DNA of 64,000 nucleotides from Verrucomicrobiota bacterium (GCA_041689265.1 JBDNGP010000021.1:8572-72571); one strand, 5' to 3'; shown: positions 8,737-18,311, counted from the first letter of the stretch. Program-made: numbers and translations. The notes: generated from the sequence alone by a model not told the origin.

Positions 8737-8761
8737 ATCAGCGCGGTTGAACCGCGCTGAT
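8737..8761 (-). terminator. strong hairpin, possible minus-strand terminator or insulator
   Basis: Perfect 11-bp stem ATCAGCGCGGT / ACCGCGCTGAT with loop TGA. On the minus strand it is followed by TTAAATTGTT, which is only weakly U-rich. Confidence 0.3.
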
Positions 8762-9178
8762 CCCGGAAAGACTTCATCCGCTCAACAACGAGTTGGGTTC
8801 CTCTCTCCGGGTTCATGTTAATTGGGCTACCCCCATGTGTTCCTCCTGTCAATCAGCACGTTGTATCAGGACGCATTTTAAAGTGTGGGGCAAGGTGGAG
8901 TGAGTTCTCCGAACGAACTTTGAGCGCAAGGGGCGTGCTCAATTCTCCGGCTTTCTCTCGCCTGTGTCCCAAGCCCTTTGACGGTTCGCCGGTTTCTCCA
9001 TGCGGGACGGAACAGGATTCAGAGGTTTCCACAAGACATCGCAGGCTCGTTCGGAGGCCGAAGGTCGGCTTCCCGTCGCCCACCTTTCGGCATCCGGGGT
9101 ATCCGGTTGACCCTCGCTTTCAAACACATCCGTTGCAGCAGCGTTTTGGATTGCGGTCTCAGACGGGAGCACGCGATT

Positions 9179-9336
9179 AAACCACGAATGCACACGAATA
9201 GACACCAATGGGGACGCGATCATCGGCCGCTGATGGGCAAGACCATCCCGCCCGCCGGATGGTACCTTTCGCCGAGTAGCCAAAAGATTGCCGGGGCTTT
9301 CTGGATTCGTGCCCATTGGTGTTTATTCGTGGTTTT
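9179..9336. repeat. inverted-repeat (MITE/REP-like) element with CACGAAT-type arms
   Basis: The left arm AAACCACGAAT[GCACACGAAT]AGACACCAATGGGGACG (9179-9216) pairs with the right arm CGTGCCCATTGGTGTTTATTCGTGGTTT (9308-9335). About 25 of 28 positions are complementary, apart from a 10-nt duplication in the left arm. The spacer is about 90 bp. The element abuts the truncated flavin reductase. Confidence 0.6.
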
Positions 9337-9338
9337 CT

Positions 9339-9620
9339 ACTGCATCCTTCCCGCTGAGTGCCGCTCAGTCCACGGCGGTTCATCCGCCGAGCATCGCTGA
9401 ATCACCGGCGAGTTTGGAATGTATTGAATGCGGAACGCTGCAGATCGGCGGGAACCGGCTGGTCATCGGGCTGGTGAAGCGGGTTCACGTCCGCGACGAG
9501 TTGATCGATGAGAAGAGGCTCCGGATTCGCAGCGAGCTGTTCCATGCCGTCGGCCGCATGGCCAGTCCGCATTGGTATTGCCGGACGCGGGACCACTTTG
9601 AAATGATACGACCGAGTTGA
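9339..9620 (+). pseudogene. flavin reductase-like domain protein, C-terminal fragment only
   Basis: AVHPPSIAESPASLECIECGTLQIGGNRLVIGLVKRVHVRDELIDEKRLRIRSELFHAVGRMASPHWYCRTRDHFEMIRPS matches the C-terminal third of FMN-binding split-barrel flavin reductases (..PP.v.eSp..lEC.., vhvdd.l.d, pvgRlgg..Y, fel.RP). The roughly 120 N-terminal residues are absent, and the similarity starts right at the inverted-repeat element. Confidence 0.55.
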
Positions 9621-9665
9621 AGATTTGAAGGCAGGGCCGCGCGTGCCCTGCCTTCACAATCGAGA

Positions 9666-10391
9666 CTATTTCTTAACGTCGAGCGGGCGGATCTTGATGT
9701 TGCGGAAGGAGACTTCTCCGTGGTCTCCCTGGAGCGCGAGCCGACCGCTGCCTGACTTCGCGAAACCGGGCATCGTTCCAAATTTGCTCTTTGCGACGCG
9801 CGCGTTGAAATCTTCGCTGCCGATCACGTACTCGACGTATTTCGTGCCGTTCATTTCATGCACGCAGCCGTCGGGACTGATGATGACGCGCAGGTGATTC
9901 CATTCGCCGGCACCCTTGGTGGTGTCGAGGGTCTTGCCGGTCTTCGAATCGATCGGCGGCTGATACAGTGCGTAGAGCCAGCCGGCCTTCTGCGGATCAG
10001 TGGCAAAGGCATTGTCTTCGAGCTGAATCTCCGGCCCGGTCTGCCAGGGCGAACTTCCTTCGTCGGTGACATGATACATGATGCCGCTGTTCGCCCCCTT
10101 GGCCATCTTGAAATCGATCTGTAATTCAAACGCGCCGAACTGCTCAGCTGTCACGATGTCCCCGGCGTTGTGCGGGTCCACACACACCAGCAGCCCGTCC
10201 TTGACCTGCCAGCCGGGCTTGATGTCGCTTTTCTTGAAGTTGCTCCAGCAGTTCAGCGACTTGCCGTCAAACAGCAGTTTCCAACCGGCGGCTTTTTCTA
10301 CGGCGGTGAGCGTGTTATCCGCGGCGCGGGCCGGAGAGAGCCCGAGTGAAATCGTGAGGGTGGCAAGTGCCAGTAATGTTTGGGGTTTCAT
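9666..10391 (-). CDS. DUF1080 (3-keto-disaccharide hydrolase-like) secreted protein
   Basis: 241-aa ORF with signal peptide MKPQTLLALATLTISLGLSPARA. GWKLLFDGKSLNCWSNF, GWQVKDGLL, NSGIMYHV and the C-terminal LALQGDHGEVSFRNIKIRPL are DUF1080 hallmarks. Confidence 0.9.
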   Translation of the reverse strand: MKPQTLLALATLTISLGLSPARAADNTLTAVEKAAGWKLLFDGKSLNCWSNFKKSDIKPGWQVKDGLLVCVDPHNAGDIVTAEQFGAFELQIDFKMAKGANSGIMYHVTDEGSSPWQTGPEIQLEDNAFATDPQKAGWLYALYQPPIDSKTGKTLDTTKGAGEWNHLRVIISPDGCVHEMNGTKYVEYVIGSEDFNARVAKSKFGTMPGFAKSGSGRLALQGDHGEVSFRNIKIRPLDVKK

Positions 10392-10535
10392 AAGTGGGAC
10401 AGGTTATCGGAATTGTTTCCGGAGACAATCGTTTTCAGCGTGAGAACAAACGGCCACTATCGGAACGCCCGTTCCTGCCGCCGGATTCCGAACCCTGACT
10501 CGGCGCTCCATTTTCAGACAGGCTCTTAAGGGAAT

Positions 10536-12773
10536 TCATTGGATGACAAACCAGTTCATTCCCTGAGCAGGAACCTCCACCGGCAACTCGATCGAATAAT
10601 CGCGGTCCAGTTTGAACTGCTGCGGATTTTTTCCCTGCTCCAGGATCTGGGCTGTATCCGTCAGGCCGGTGTAATAAAGGTTCACGCGCAGAGTCTTCTT
10701 CACCGGCTCGTTAAGTGGATTGAACACCACCAGCATGCCCTTTTCTGGTAACTCCGGATTGGCGTGCAGCATCCAGTCGAGATCGCGCGCATCGGCGCGT
10801 CGACCATGAATCAAATCACTCTCCAAAATGTCGCGATGGGCTTTGAACCAGTCGACCTTGGATCTGACCATCGCCTCCGTGCGATCGGTGTCAAACAGCC
10901 GGGGACCGCGGTAACACGCCTGCACGCCGAGCGCCAGATTGCTTTCAATCATGCGCGCGTAATGATCCAGATGCTCGTCCAACGGCTCGATGGTCGCGGC
11001 CGCGCCGCCGCCCTGGTACTCGGTCAGCGGCACAAACATCCAGCCCATGCTCGGAGTCTTCTGCCAGGTGCCGTCATAAATGTTCTGACGCGTGTGGATC
11101 ACCTGCTGCGCCCGTGGCAACGACCAGTTCACTTCTCGATACCCCATGCCCGTCTTGGTGGAGCCGGAGAGAAAGTAATGATCCGGCACATTGAGATAAA
11201 AACCCTGCGCACGGCACCACTGGTAAAAATCGGTGATCTCGCGCCACTGGTTCCAACGGGAATCCGCGAGCCCGTGATGACCCGGATGTTGTTCGCTGGC
11301 ACAGACGTCGCCGGGATACGAGCCGTCATGCTCCAGCAAAGTGAAGCCACTTTCCCGATGAAATTCGTAGAGGCGCCGGAAGTAGTTCGTCCCCCAACTG
11401 CTCTCGAGACACGGCGAATTGCCAAAGGCCGGCTTTTCTCCTTCAGGCATGACCACATCATTGCCGCCGCCCACGCTTCGTGACGCGAGCAACGAGTAAC
11501 TGCCGATCTCGATGCCCTTGCTGTGCGCGTAGCGGGCCCAGCTCTGCGCCTGCTCAAGGGTGGCGGGCTGTTCGTTTTCCATGTTGAAACCGCTGCCAAA
11601 GCTCAGGATCAACATCTCAAAACCGACCGACGCGCATTGATCAATCGCATTCGTCACCACGCTGCCCTTGGACGAAACCAGATGCATCATCAGCGGGTTC
11701 TCCGTCGTCCACGGCGCGATGACGCGATACATCTTGCGCATGGCCAGACCGCACCGTTCGCGGTCCGTGCTGTCGAACGGCAGCACCCACGCACGAAACG
11801 ACTCGAACGTGCCGCCGGGAGCGATGTCCTGTGCCGGACCGAGGTCGGGACCGACGTCGAGTAGGCAGGGCGTTTTCTTCTCGTAGTTCACTTGCGTGGC
11901 AAAATCCGGATCGGGCAGCCAGCGATAGGAACGACGATTGGCACCGGCAGCCATCATACCGCCGAACGCCATGTCGGTCTCGACGTGGAGGTTTGGAGGG
12001 TTCCGACCTTCACTGAGTTTATCCACTTCGGCGGTTCGTTCGACCACCGCGAGCACTTCGCTGGAGAAACGATCCACCCGCACGATCTTGTCAGTTCCAT
12101 TCGAGACCGTGATCCATTTGCTGTAACACGGCAGACCGTCGTACAACTCGTAGTGAACCGAGACGCGAATATCCGGGGCTGCTGTTCCGTCCGCCGTCGC
12201 CGGCATGGCAAAATCGAGCCGCAGCGTCGCACCCTCCGGCGGCCATTTCACGTCCGGTGCCTGATGCCGCACCTGCTTCCACGCGAACCGCTCCGTGGGC
12301 TGGCCGATCTCGTAGCCGACAAAGCGAAACGCCGCCGGATCCGCCGTCAGCTGTTCGATCCATTCCGGACGGAGAAACGCGTAATTGGGCTGGCCCTTCA
12401 GTCCGCCGATCTCGAAGCGTTGCCCATCGATCTCCACAATCGCTTCCGGCTTCACACCGCGCAGCAACGACTCCCCGGTGGTCAGCTGATCGAGGGCCAC
12501 CGTCGCCGCGTTGGGCTGCAACCGGATCACGCGGCGAAGCAGACCATTGTTCAACTCGATCTCCCTGCCGTCGTCGCTGACGGATACCCCCGCTTTGAAC
12601 GGAGATGGATCGATCAACCAATCCTTCGAAGGTGTCGCGCGGCTTTGCGCAACGAAGGTGACGGACAGCAGTGCCGCGATGAACGTTCGCAACGCGCGGA
12701 CAAACCGGTGGGGGAGATGAGTAAAAAGAGGCATGAACAGAACTTTCACGTTCGACCGGTCGGCCGCCAGCAT
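10536..12773 (-). CDS. putative glycoside hydrolase (alpha-galactosidase/GH36-like TIM barrel), secreted
   Basis: 745-aa ORF with signal-like FIAALLSVTFVAQSRA. The central segment CASVGFEMLILSFGSGFNMEN...GIEIGSYSLL...FTLLEHDGSYPGD resembles melibiase-type TIM barrels. An alternative ATG lies at 12734. The CDS is secure. The function is tentative. Confidence 0.7.
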   Translation of the reverse strand: MLAADRSNVKVLFMPLFTHLPHRFVRALRTFIAALLSVTFVAQSRATPSKDWLIDPSPFKAGVSVSDDGREIELNNGLLRRVIRLQPNAATVALDQLTTGESLLRGVKPEAIVEIDGQRFEIGGLKGQPNYAFLRPEWIEQLTADPAAFRFVGYEIGQPTERFAWKQVRHQAPDVKWPPEGATLRLDFAMPATADGTAAPDIRVSVHYELYDGLPCYSKWITVSNGTDKIVRVDRFSSEVLAVVERTAEVDKLSEGRNPPNLHVETDMAFGGMMAAGANRRSYRWLPDPDFATQVNYEKKTPCLLDVGPDLGPAQDIAPGGTFESFRAWVLPFDSTDRERCGLAMRKMYRVIAPWTTENPLMMHLVSSKGSVVTNAIDQCASVGFEMLILSFGSGFNMENEQPATLEQAQSWARYAHSKGIEIGSYSLLASRSVGGGNDVVMPEGEKPAFGNSPCLESSWGTNYFRRLYEFHRESGFTLLEHDGSYPGDVCASEQHPGHHGLADSRWNQWREITDFYQWCRAQGFYLNVPDHYFLSGSTKTGMGYREVNWSLPRAQQVIHTRQNIYDGTWQKTPSMGWMFVPLTEYQGGGAAATIEPLDEHLDHYARMIESNLALGVQACYRGPRLFDTDRTEAMVRSKVDWFKAHRDILESDLIHGRRADARDLDWMLHANPELPEKGMLVVFNPLNEPVKKTLRVNLYYTGLTDTAQILEQGKNPQQFKLDRDYSIELPVEVPAQGMNWFVIQ

Positions 12774-12903
12774 CTATTCAAGAATCCTCACACGGAACTC
12801 GAATTTCCGGACAGGGGAAACGGCGAGGAGAGCGATCCCTGCCCGGGTTCTTGTCGTGGGATTTCAAACTGGGCCAAAGCCTTCCCGGTCCGCATCATCA
12901 GGG

Positions 12904-14124
12904 ATGCCCTCGGCGCCATCGTCCAATCGCTCGCGATTGCTTTTTGCCCTGCTCTATCTGGGTGAGGGCGCGCCGATCGGTTTCATCTGGTGGGCGCTGC
13001 CAACGTGGCTGCGGTCGCAAGGTCTGCCGATTGAACAAATCACGGCGCTGACCGCCGTGCTGGTGCTTCCGTGGGTGGGAAAATTTCTGTGGGCGCCGCT
13101 GATCGACCGGATACGCGATACCCGTCGCGGGCTGCGCGGTTGCATCGTCATCGCCCAGCTCACGATGGGAGCGACGTTGCTGCCGCTGACCTGGCTCAAT
13201 CTGTCCGAGCAGTTTGAGATCATCCGCAACCTGCTGATTCTCCACGCCTTCGCCGCCGCAACACAGGATGTGGCGGTGGATGCGCTGGCCCTGCGCATTG
13301 TTCCCGTGGCGGATCGCGGCCGGCTCAACGGCGGGATGCAGGCGGGAATGTTGATTGGGCGCAGCGTGTTCGGCGGCGGCGCGCTGGTGCTGTCGGTTTC
13401 TCTCGGCTGGCCGTTACTCATTTACTGCCTCGTCGGCTGCGTCTGGCTTTCAACGGTGGCCGTGCTCTTCATGCGAAACGTCGAGGCCATTCCGGTTGAA
13501 TCACCGTCGCCGCGTAGCCGGTCCGGTTTTTTGTTGATTCTCCGGAGACGGTCGGTCTGGGTCGGCCTCCTGTTTGCCGGAACCGCGGGCGCGGCCTACG
13601 AAGCGGCGGGCGTGTTGTGCGGTCCAATGCTGGTGGATCGCGGTGTGCCAACGGACACGGTGGGCTGGCTGTTCGGCATTCCGGTGGTCGGCGCGACCAT
13701 CATTGGCGGGCTGCTCGGCGGCGTGTTCTCGGATCGGGTGGGACGCAATCGGCTGATCGGCGCCGGGATCGTCGGCTTCGCAGCGATGGTTCTGTTGCTG
13801 GGCGGTTTGAACTCACGCCCGGCAGTCGCGCCCATGGCGTTTTTCGTCGTGTTAACGGGGCTTTATTTTTGCATCGGCGTATTCACGGTTGCTTCGTACG
13901 CGCTCTTCATGGAATTGAGCCGTCCGCCGCTGGCCGCCACGCAATTCAGCGGATTCATGTCGGCGACCAACGGATGCGAAGCGTGGGCCAGCTGGCTGGG
14001 CGGATTAATCGTCAGCCGGTTCGATTACGGGATGGCGTTTGTGGTGATGAGTGTCCTTTCGCTCGCCGCACTCCCGTTGTTGCGATGGCTGAAACCTGAC
14101 AATGAAGAGCCGGACGGAACGTAA
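12904..14124 (+). CDS. MFS transporter, AmpG-like permease family
   Basis: LLFALLYLGEGAPIGFIWWALPTWLRSQGL..LPWVGKFLWAPLIDR is AmpG/acetyl-CoA-transporter-like, with about 12 predicted TM segments. The start is set to the ATG at 12904, because the longer ORF from 12733 overlaps the divergent hydrolase start. Confidence 0.85.
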   Translation: MPSAPSSNRSRLLFALLYLGEGAPIGFIWWALPTWLRSQGLPIEQITALTAVLVLPWVGKFLWAPLIDRIRDTRRGLRGCIVIAQLTMGATLLPLTWLNLSEQFEIIRNLLILHAFAAATQDVAVDALALRIVPVADRGRLNGGMQAGMLIGRSVFGGGALVLSVSLGWPLLIYCLVGCVWLSTVAVLFMRNVEAIPVESPSPRSRSGFLLILRRRSVWVGLLFAGTAGAAYEAAGVLCGPMLVDRGVPTDTVGWLFGIPVVGATIIGGLLGGVFSDRVGRNRLIGAGIVGFAAMVLLLGGLNSRPAVAPMAFFVVLTGLYFCIGVFTVASYALFMELSRPPLAATQFSGFMSATNGCEAWASWLGGLIVSRFDYGMAFVVMSVLSLAALPLLRWLKPDNEEPDGT

Positions 14125-14167
14125 TCAATCTGGATTTAAGGCCCTTCTTTTGCTTGGATCGCCGACA

Positions 14168-16051
14168 ATGAAATCCGACCGTCTGAACTGTCCGAATCAT
14201 GGGCACGGTTTTGCATCGCTCTTCCAGAAGGTTGGTTTGACCCTCCACCGATTTCTCGTGATGGCATGGTTGGTTTTCTCATCAGCCACAGTCAGCGCCG
14301 CCACCTACGACGTCGGTCCCGCGCAACCGCTGGCCACGCCTTCTGATGTGCCGTGGGAATCGCTGGTCGCCGGGGATGTGGTGAACATTCATTGGCAGGC
14401 GACGCCCTACAAAAACAAGTGGGTGATCAACCGACAGGGAACGGAATCCGAACCGATCATCGTTCGCGGTGTTCCCGGACCGAGCGGTGAGTTGCCGGTG
14501 ATCGACGGGAACGGCGCGACGACCCGGCTCGCGCTGAACTATTGGAGCGAGACGCGCGGCGTGATCAAGGTCGGCGGGGCGAGCATTCCGTCCGATGACG
14601 GCGCGGCGTACGTGATCATCGAGAATCTGGAGATCCGCAGCGGCCGGCCACCCTACAGTTTCACCGACGACAGCGGGAGTGTTCAGAATTATCCGAACAA
14701 CGCGGCCTCGATCTTCGTGGAGAAGGGCGATCATATCACGATTCGAAACTGCACCCTGCACGACAGCGGCAACGGTTTATTCGTCTCTCATGAATCGAGG
14801 AATGTGCTGGTCGACGGAAACTACATTTACGACAACGGAAACATCGGCAGCTTTTACGAGCACAATAGTTACACAGCGGCGGCGGGAATCACGTTTCAGT
14901 TCAATCACTACGGACCGCTTCGGGAAGGATGCTCGGGAAACAACTTGAAAGATCGTTCGGCCGGGCTGGTCGTTCGCTACAACTGGATCGAGAGCGGCAA
15001 CCGGCAGCTGGATCTTGTGGATGCCGAGGACAGCGTCGCGCTGCAGCAGGATCCGCGTTACCGCACGACCTACGTTTATGGAAACGTGCTCGTCGAGCCG
15101 GACGGGTCGGGCAATCGCCAGATCGTTCACTACGGTGGGGACAGTGGAAACACTGCGGCTTATCGGAAGGGCACGCTGCATTTTTATCACAACACGATCA
15201 TCTCCACGCGCACGGGGCGGACGACGCTATTCCGACTTTCTACGGATGATGAATCAGCGGACTGCCGGAACAACATCATCTTAGCAACCGACAACGGGAA
15301 TCAGCTCGAACTGCTTTCCAGCGCCGGCGCGCTGACATTCAAGCACAACTGGTTGAAGCCGGGCCGCGCGGTTTCGTTTGACGGCGGAGCGACAGGCGTC
15401 GTGACCGACGACGGATCGAACCTCACCGGAACCGATCCGGGATTTCTTTCGTTCGCGAAACAAAACTTCAAACTGCTCGCCACATCGCCGTGCTTGAATG
15501 CCGCGACGAACGTGAACGGTTCCATTCCGAACGAACACGCCGTCAGCAATTCCTATTTGAAGCATCAGAAAAGCGAACCGCGAAAGGCCGTCGGATCGCT
15601 GGCCATCGGGGCGTACGAATTCTCGCCGTTCGATGCGTGGTGGGGGGGTCATTTTCCAAATGACTTCGATAATTTCCTCGTGAGCGGCGAAGCGGCAGAC
15701 CCGGATGTCGATGATCTTTCAAACCTAGTCGAGTACGCGTTTGATCTCGATCCAAACGTGCAAACAACCGTGGGTTTTCCAACTCCTGTCGTGCTCCCGA
15801 TCAACGGGCAGGATTACCTGGCGGTCCAGTTTCAGCGGCGCGAACCGCCAAGCGAACTGGTCTATTTGACCCGCGCTACGGACAATTTCACAACCTGGTT
15901 TCCGGGTTGCGAGTATTCCGATTCGCTGCTCCTCAACGCGACCGCGCATACGACGGACGCGAGCGACGAGGTTTGGACACGAGTCCGGTTGAATTTCCCC
16001 ATTCAACCCAGCGGCAAGGCTTTCATCGCCATCGATGTCTGGCGGGATTGA
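14168..16051 (+). CDS. secreted right-handed parallel beta-helix protein (polysaccharide lyase/hydrolase-like) with PVC-type C-terminal domain
   Basis: Signal peptide MAWLVFSSATVSA. Beta-helix repeats are ENLEIRSG, ITIRNCTLHDSGNGLFVS and NVLVDGNYIYDNGN. The C-terminus carries DDLSNLVEYAFDLDPN plus a beta-sandwich tail. The start could be 14102, 14168 or the Met of MAWLVF. Confidence 0.85.
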   Translation: MKSDRLNCPNHGHGFASLFQKVGLTLHRFLVMAWLVFSSATVSAATYDVGPAQPLATPSDVPWESLVAGDVVNIHWQATPYKNKWVINRQGTESEPIIVRGVPGPSGELPVIDGNGATTRLALNYWSETRGVIKVGGASIPSDDGAAYVIIENLEIRSGRPPYSFTDDSGSVQNYPNNAASIFVEKGDHITIRNCTLHDSGNGLFVSHESRNVLVDGNYIYDNGNIGSFYEHNSYTAAAGITFQFNHYGPLREGCSGNNLKDRSAGLVVRYNWIESGNRQLDLVDAEDSVALQQDPRYRTTYVYGNVLVEPDGSGNRQIVHYGGDSGNTAAYRKGTLHFYHNTIISTRTGRTTLFRLSTDDESADCRNNIILATDNGNQLELLSSAGALTFKHNWLKPGRAVSFDGGATGVVTDDGSNLTGTDPGFLSFAKQNFKLLATSPCLNAATNVNGSIPNEHAVSNSYLKHQKSEPRKAVGSLAIGAYEFSPFDAWWGGHFPNDFDNFLVSGEAADPDVDDLSNLVEYAFDLDPNVQTTVGFPTPVVLPINGQDYLAVQFQRREPPSELVYLTRATDNFTTWFPGCEYSDSLLLNATAHTTDASDEVWTRVRLNFPIQPSGKAFIAIDVWRD

Positions 16052-16099
16052 ACCACGCTTACGCATCATCGCGACCGGGCCGCCCGGGGGGGTGGCGCC

Positions 16100-17593
16100 C
16101 TACTTCACCCAATCTTTTTTCTCGATGATTTTGCCTTCCCAGACAGCGGTGTCGGTGGCTGGATCGTAAGTCAATATTCGATGCGCGCTGCCCGGTGCAG
16201 GCGGCACGTCGACCTTGGGCAACCACTTCCGATGTTCCGCGACAATCGTGGCATACTTAGGATCGCCGACGAGATTGTCGAACTCCTGCGGATCGTTTTG
16301 CATGTCGTAAAACTCCTCGGTGCCGTCAGCGTATTGAATGAAGCGCCAACGCTCCGTGCGTACCGTGTGATTCCCTTGATTGTGTGAGGTGATGGCCGGC
16401 CACGGGCGTTTGGCATTGGCGTCTCTCAGTTGGGGGACAAGGCTGTGGCCTTCGAGTCCCCCGATGGGCGGCAGATCGAGCAGTGCGTTCAACGTTGGAT
16501 AAATATCCAGCAGTTCAACCGGTTGACGGCAGACTTCACCTTTGTTGATTCCGGGCCCGGCAAAAATGAGAGGGACATGTGTGGACCGTTCCCAAAGCGT
16601 GTTCTTGCCGGTGATCAGTTTTTCTCCGAGATGATAACCGTGATCGGACCATAGGATGACGATGGTGTTGTTCGCGTAATCACTTTCCTCAAGCGCATCA
16701 AGTACGCGGCCGACCTGTGAATCGACGAAGCTGATACACGCGAGGTAGGCGCGAACGAGGGGTTTCCATTGATCGATGGATTCGCACCAGCTGAGTCGCG
16801 GTTCGGGCAGATCCCAGTTCAAGTACCAGGAGAACATTGGCGTGTCATCGCGGTCGTCGCGTCGGATCTGCGGCAGAATCAGTTCGTCCTCGGGATACAG
16901 ATCAAACCATTTCTGTGTCGCGAACAGGGGCACGTGCGGGAGAAAGAATCCGACCGAGAGAAAGAACGGTTCAAACCTTTCCTTGTTCAGCTGGTCAACC
17001 GCCCAGCTCGCAACTTTCCAATCTCCTTTCTCGTTGTCTTCGTGCGGGAAGGTTCCCCAGTCCATCAAAGTGTGGTTCCCGCCGGGTGTTGGCGGAATGA
17101 TTTTGTGATCCGGCGTCGCACCGATTTCCGAGCCCGGTCCGAGTCCTTGAAATTCCTGGTCATTTTTCCCGCGACCGTAGCCACCGTGATAGATCTTGCC
17201 CGCGCTCATTGTCCGGTAACCGTTCGCCGCCAGTTGCTGCGGCAGGCTCACGCGATCCTCAAATTCGTCGAGATTCCGAAACCACGGGGCGAGTCCGTAA
17301 ACACCTGTCGTCGTGGGCCGCAAACCGGTCATCACACTCGTGCGCGAAGGATTGCAAAGCGGCGACTGGCAATGGGCGTTGGCGAACAACGTTCCGCGTG
17401 CGGCGAGCCGGTCGATGTTTGGCGTGCGGACCTGCGGGTGTCCTTTGAGCGAGCCCACCCAGTCGTTCAGATCGTCAATGGCGATGAAGAGAATGTTGGG
17501 CTTTTCGGCCGCGTTCACTGTTTTCTGAAAGGCACCTGAGACGAGGAGGCCTCCGAGCGTGATGACCGCGATTCTGCGAAGTGGGTTTTTCAT
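16100..17593 (-). CDS. sulfatase (formylglycine-dependent, iduronate-2-sulfatase-like)
   Basis: Signal peptide MKNPLRRIAVITLGGLLVSGAF, followed by KPNILFIAIDDLNDW and the FGly motif CNPSRTSVMTGLRP. The start is set at the ATG at 17593. Confidence 0.9.
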   Translation of the reverse strand: MKNPLRRIAVITLGGLLVSGAFQKTVNAAEKPNILFIAIDDLNDWVGSLKGHPQVRTPNIDRLAARGTLFANAHCQSPLCNPSRTSVMTGLRPTTTGVYGLAPWFRNLDEFEDRVSLPQQLAANGYRTMSAGKIYHGGYGRGKNDQEFQGLGPGSEIGATPDHKIIPPTPGGNHTLMDWGTFPHEDNEKGDWKVASWAVDQLNKERFEPFFLSVGFFLPHVPLFATQKWFDLYPEDELILPQIRRDDRDDTPMFSWYLNWDLPEPRLSWCESIDQWKPLVRAYLACISFVDSQVGRVLDALEESDYANNTIVILWSDHGYHLGEKLITGKNTLWERSTHVPLIFAGPGINKGEVCRQPVELLDIYPTLNALLDLPPIGGLEGHSLVPQLRDANAKRPWPAITSHNQGNHTVRTERWRFIQYADGTEEFYDMQNDPQEFDNLVGDPKYATIVAEHRKWLPKVDVPPAPGSAHRILTYDPATDTAVWEGKIIEKKDWVK

Positions 17594-17750
17594 GGGATGG
17601 AGCGCAGCAGTATGGCAAAGCGCCGCCGACCAACGCAACAGTGAAGCAGTTCGTTACCGAAAAAATCCCCGCCAATTTCCGGGTTGGCAGGTTCCGGGCT
17701 TGTCGATAGGCTTTGCCTCTGTGATTGGCTTTCTGCGGTTTGTGGGAGTG

Positions 17751-18239
17751 ATGAACGCCGCCGTATGGTTCGGTGCGGCGGTCTTTTTCACGTTCCTCGC
17801 CACAACCGTTTTTCACCAGCCCGAAATCCTGAAAGTGCTCGGCTGGAGCTACTCCGGCTGGGTGGCCCAATTTCTGTGGGCACGATACTTCGACCTTCAG
17901 TTGTGGTGCGCCGGAGTGGCGCTGCTTCATCTGGTGGCCGAGTGCGTCTATCTTGGCCGACCGCTGTCGCGGTTTCACCTGTTTCTGCTGGCCGGCCTGC
18001 TTTGCTCCAGTCTGATCGGCGGGTTCCTGTTGCAGCCCAAGGTGAAACAGCTGCATCTCGCGCGCTTCCAAAAGGACGCCACGCCGCAACAGGTCAAGTC
18101 GGCTGAGCGGGCCTATCCGGTGTGGAACGGCGTCACGCAGTTCCTCAATTACCTCACCCTGGTCGGCATCATGATCTATCTTTGGCAGGTGACCGGTCTA
18201 AACGCGCAGAACCGGTTCGGGTCCAAATTCAGAAGTTGA
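17751..18239 (+). CDS. DUF4149-like membrane protein
   Basis: Four hydrophobic helices (MNAAVWFGAAVFFTFLATTVF, WVAQFLWARYF, LFLLAGLLCSSLIGGFLL, LTLVGIMIYLW). The longest ORF (from 17559) overlaps the sulfatase start, so the true start is uncertain within 17721-17751. Confidence 0.6.
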   Translation: MNAAVWFGAAVFFTFLATTVFHQPEILKVLGWSYSGWVAQFLWARYFDLQLWCAGVALLHLVAECVYLGRPLSRFHLFLLAGLLCSSLIGGFLLQPKVKQLHLARFQKDATPQQVKSAERAYPVWNGVTQFLNYLTLVGIMIYLWQVTGLNAQNRFGSKFRS

Positions 18240-18311
18240 CAATCCGCAGGCCTGATCAACTTTGATGTGTTACAGTTGCGCTCGTCGTTGGAGGCGCAGG
18301 AGAACAAAATC

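Noticed and set aside
8947-8959. The minus-strand sequence GAGAGAAAGCCGG resembles the RNase P P4 motif GAGGAAAGUCCGG.
   Set aside because: The invariant GAAAGUCC is not matched, the motif is in the wrong position relative to the rest of the region, and no other RNase P conserved blocks are present.
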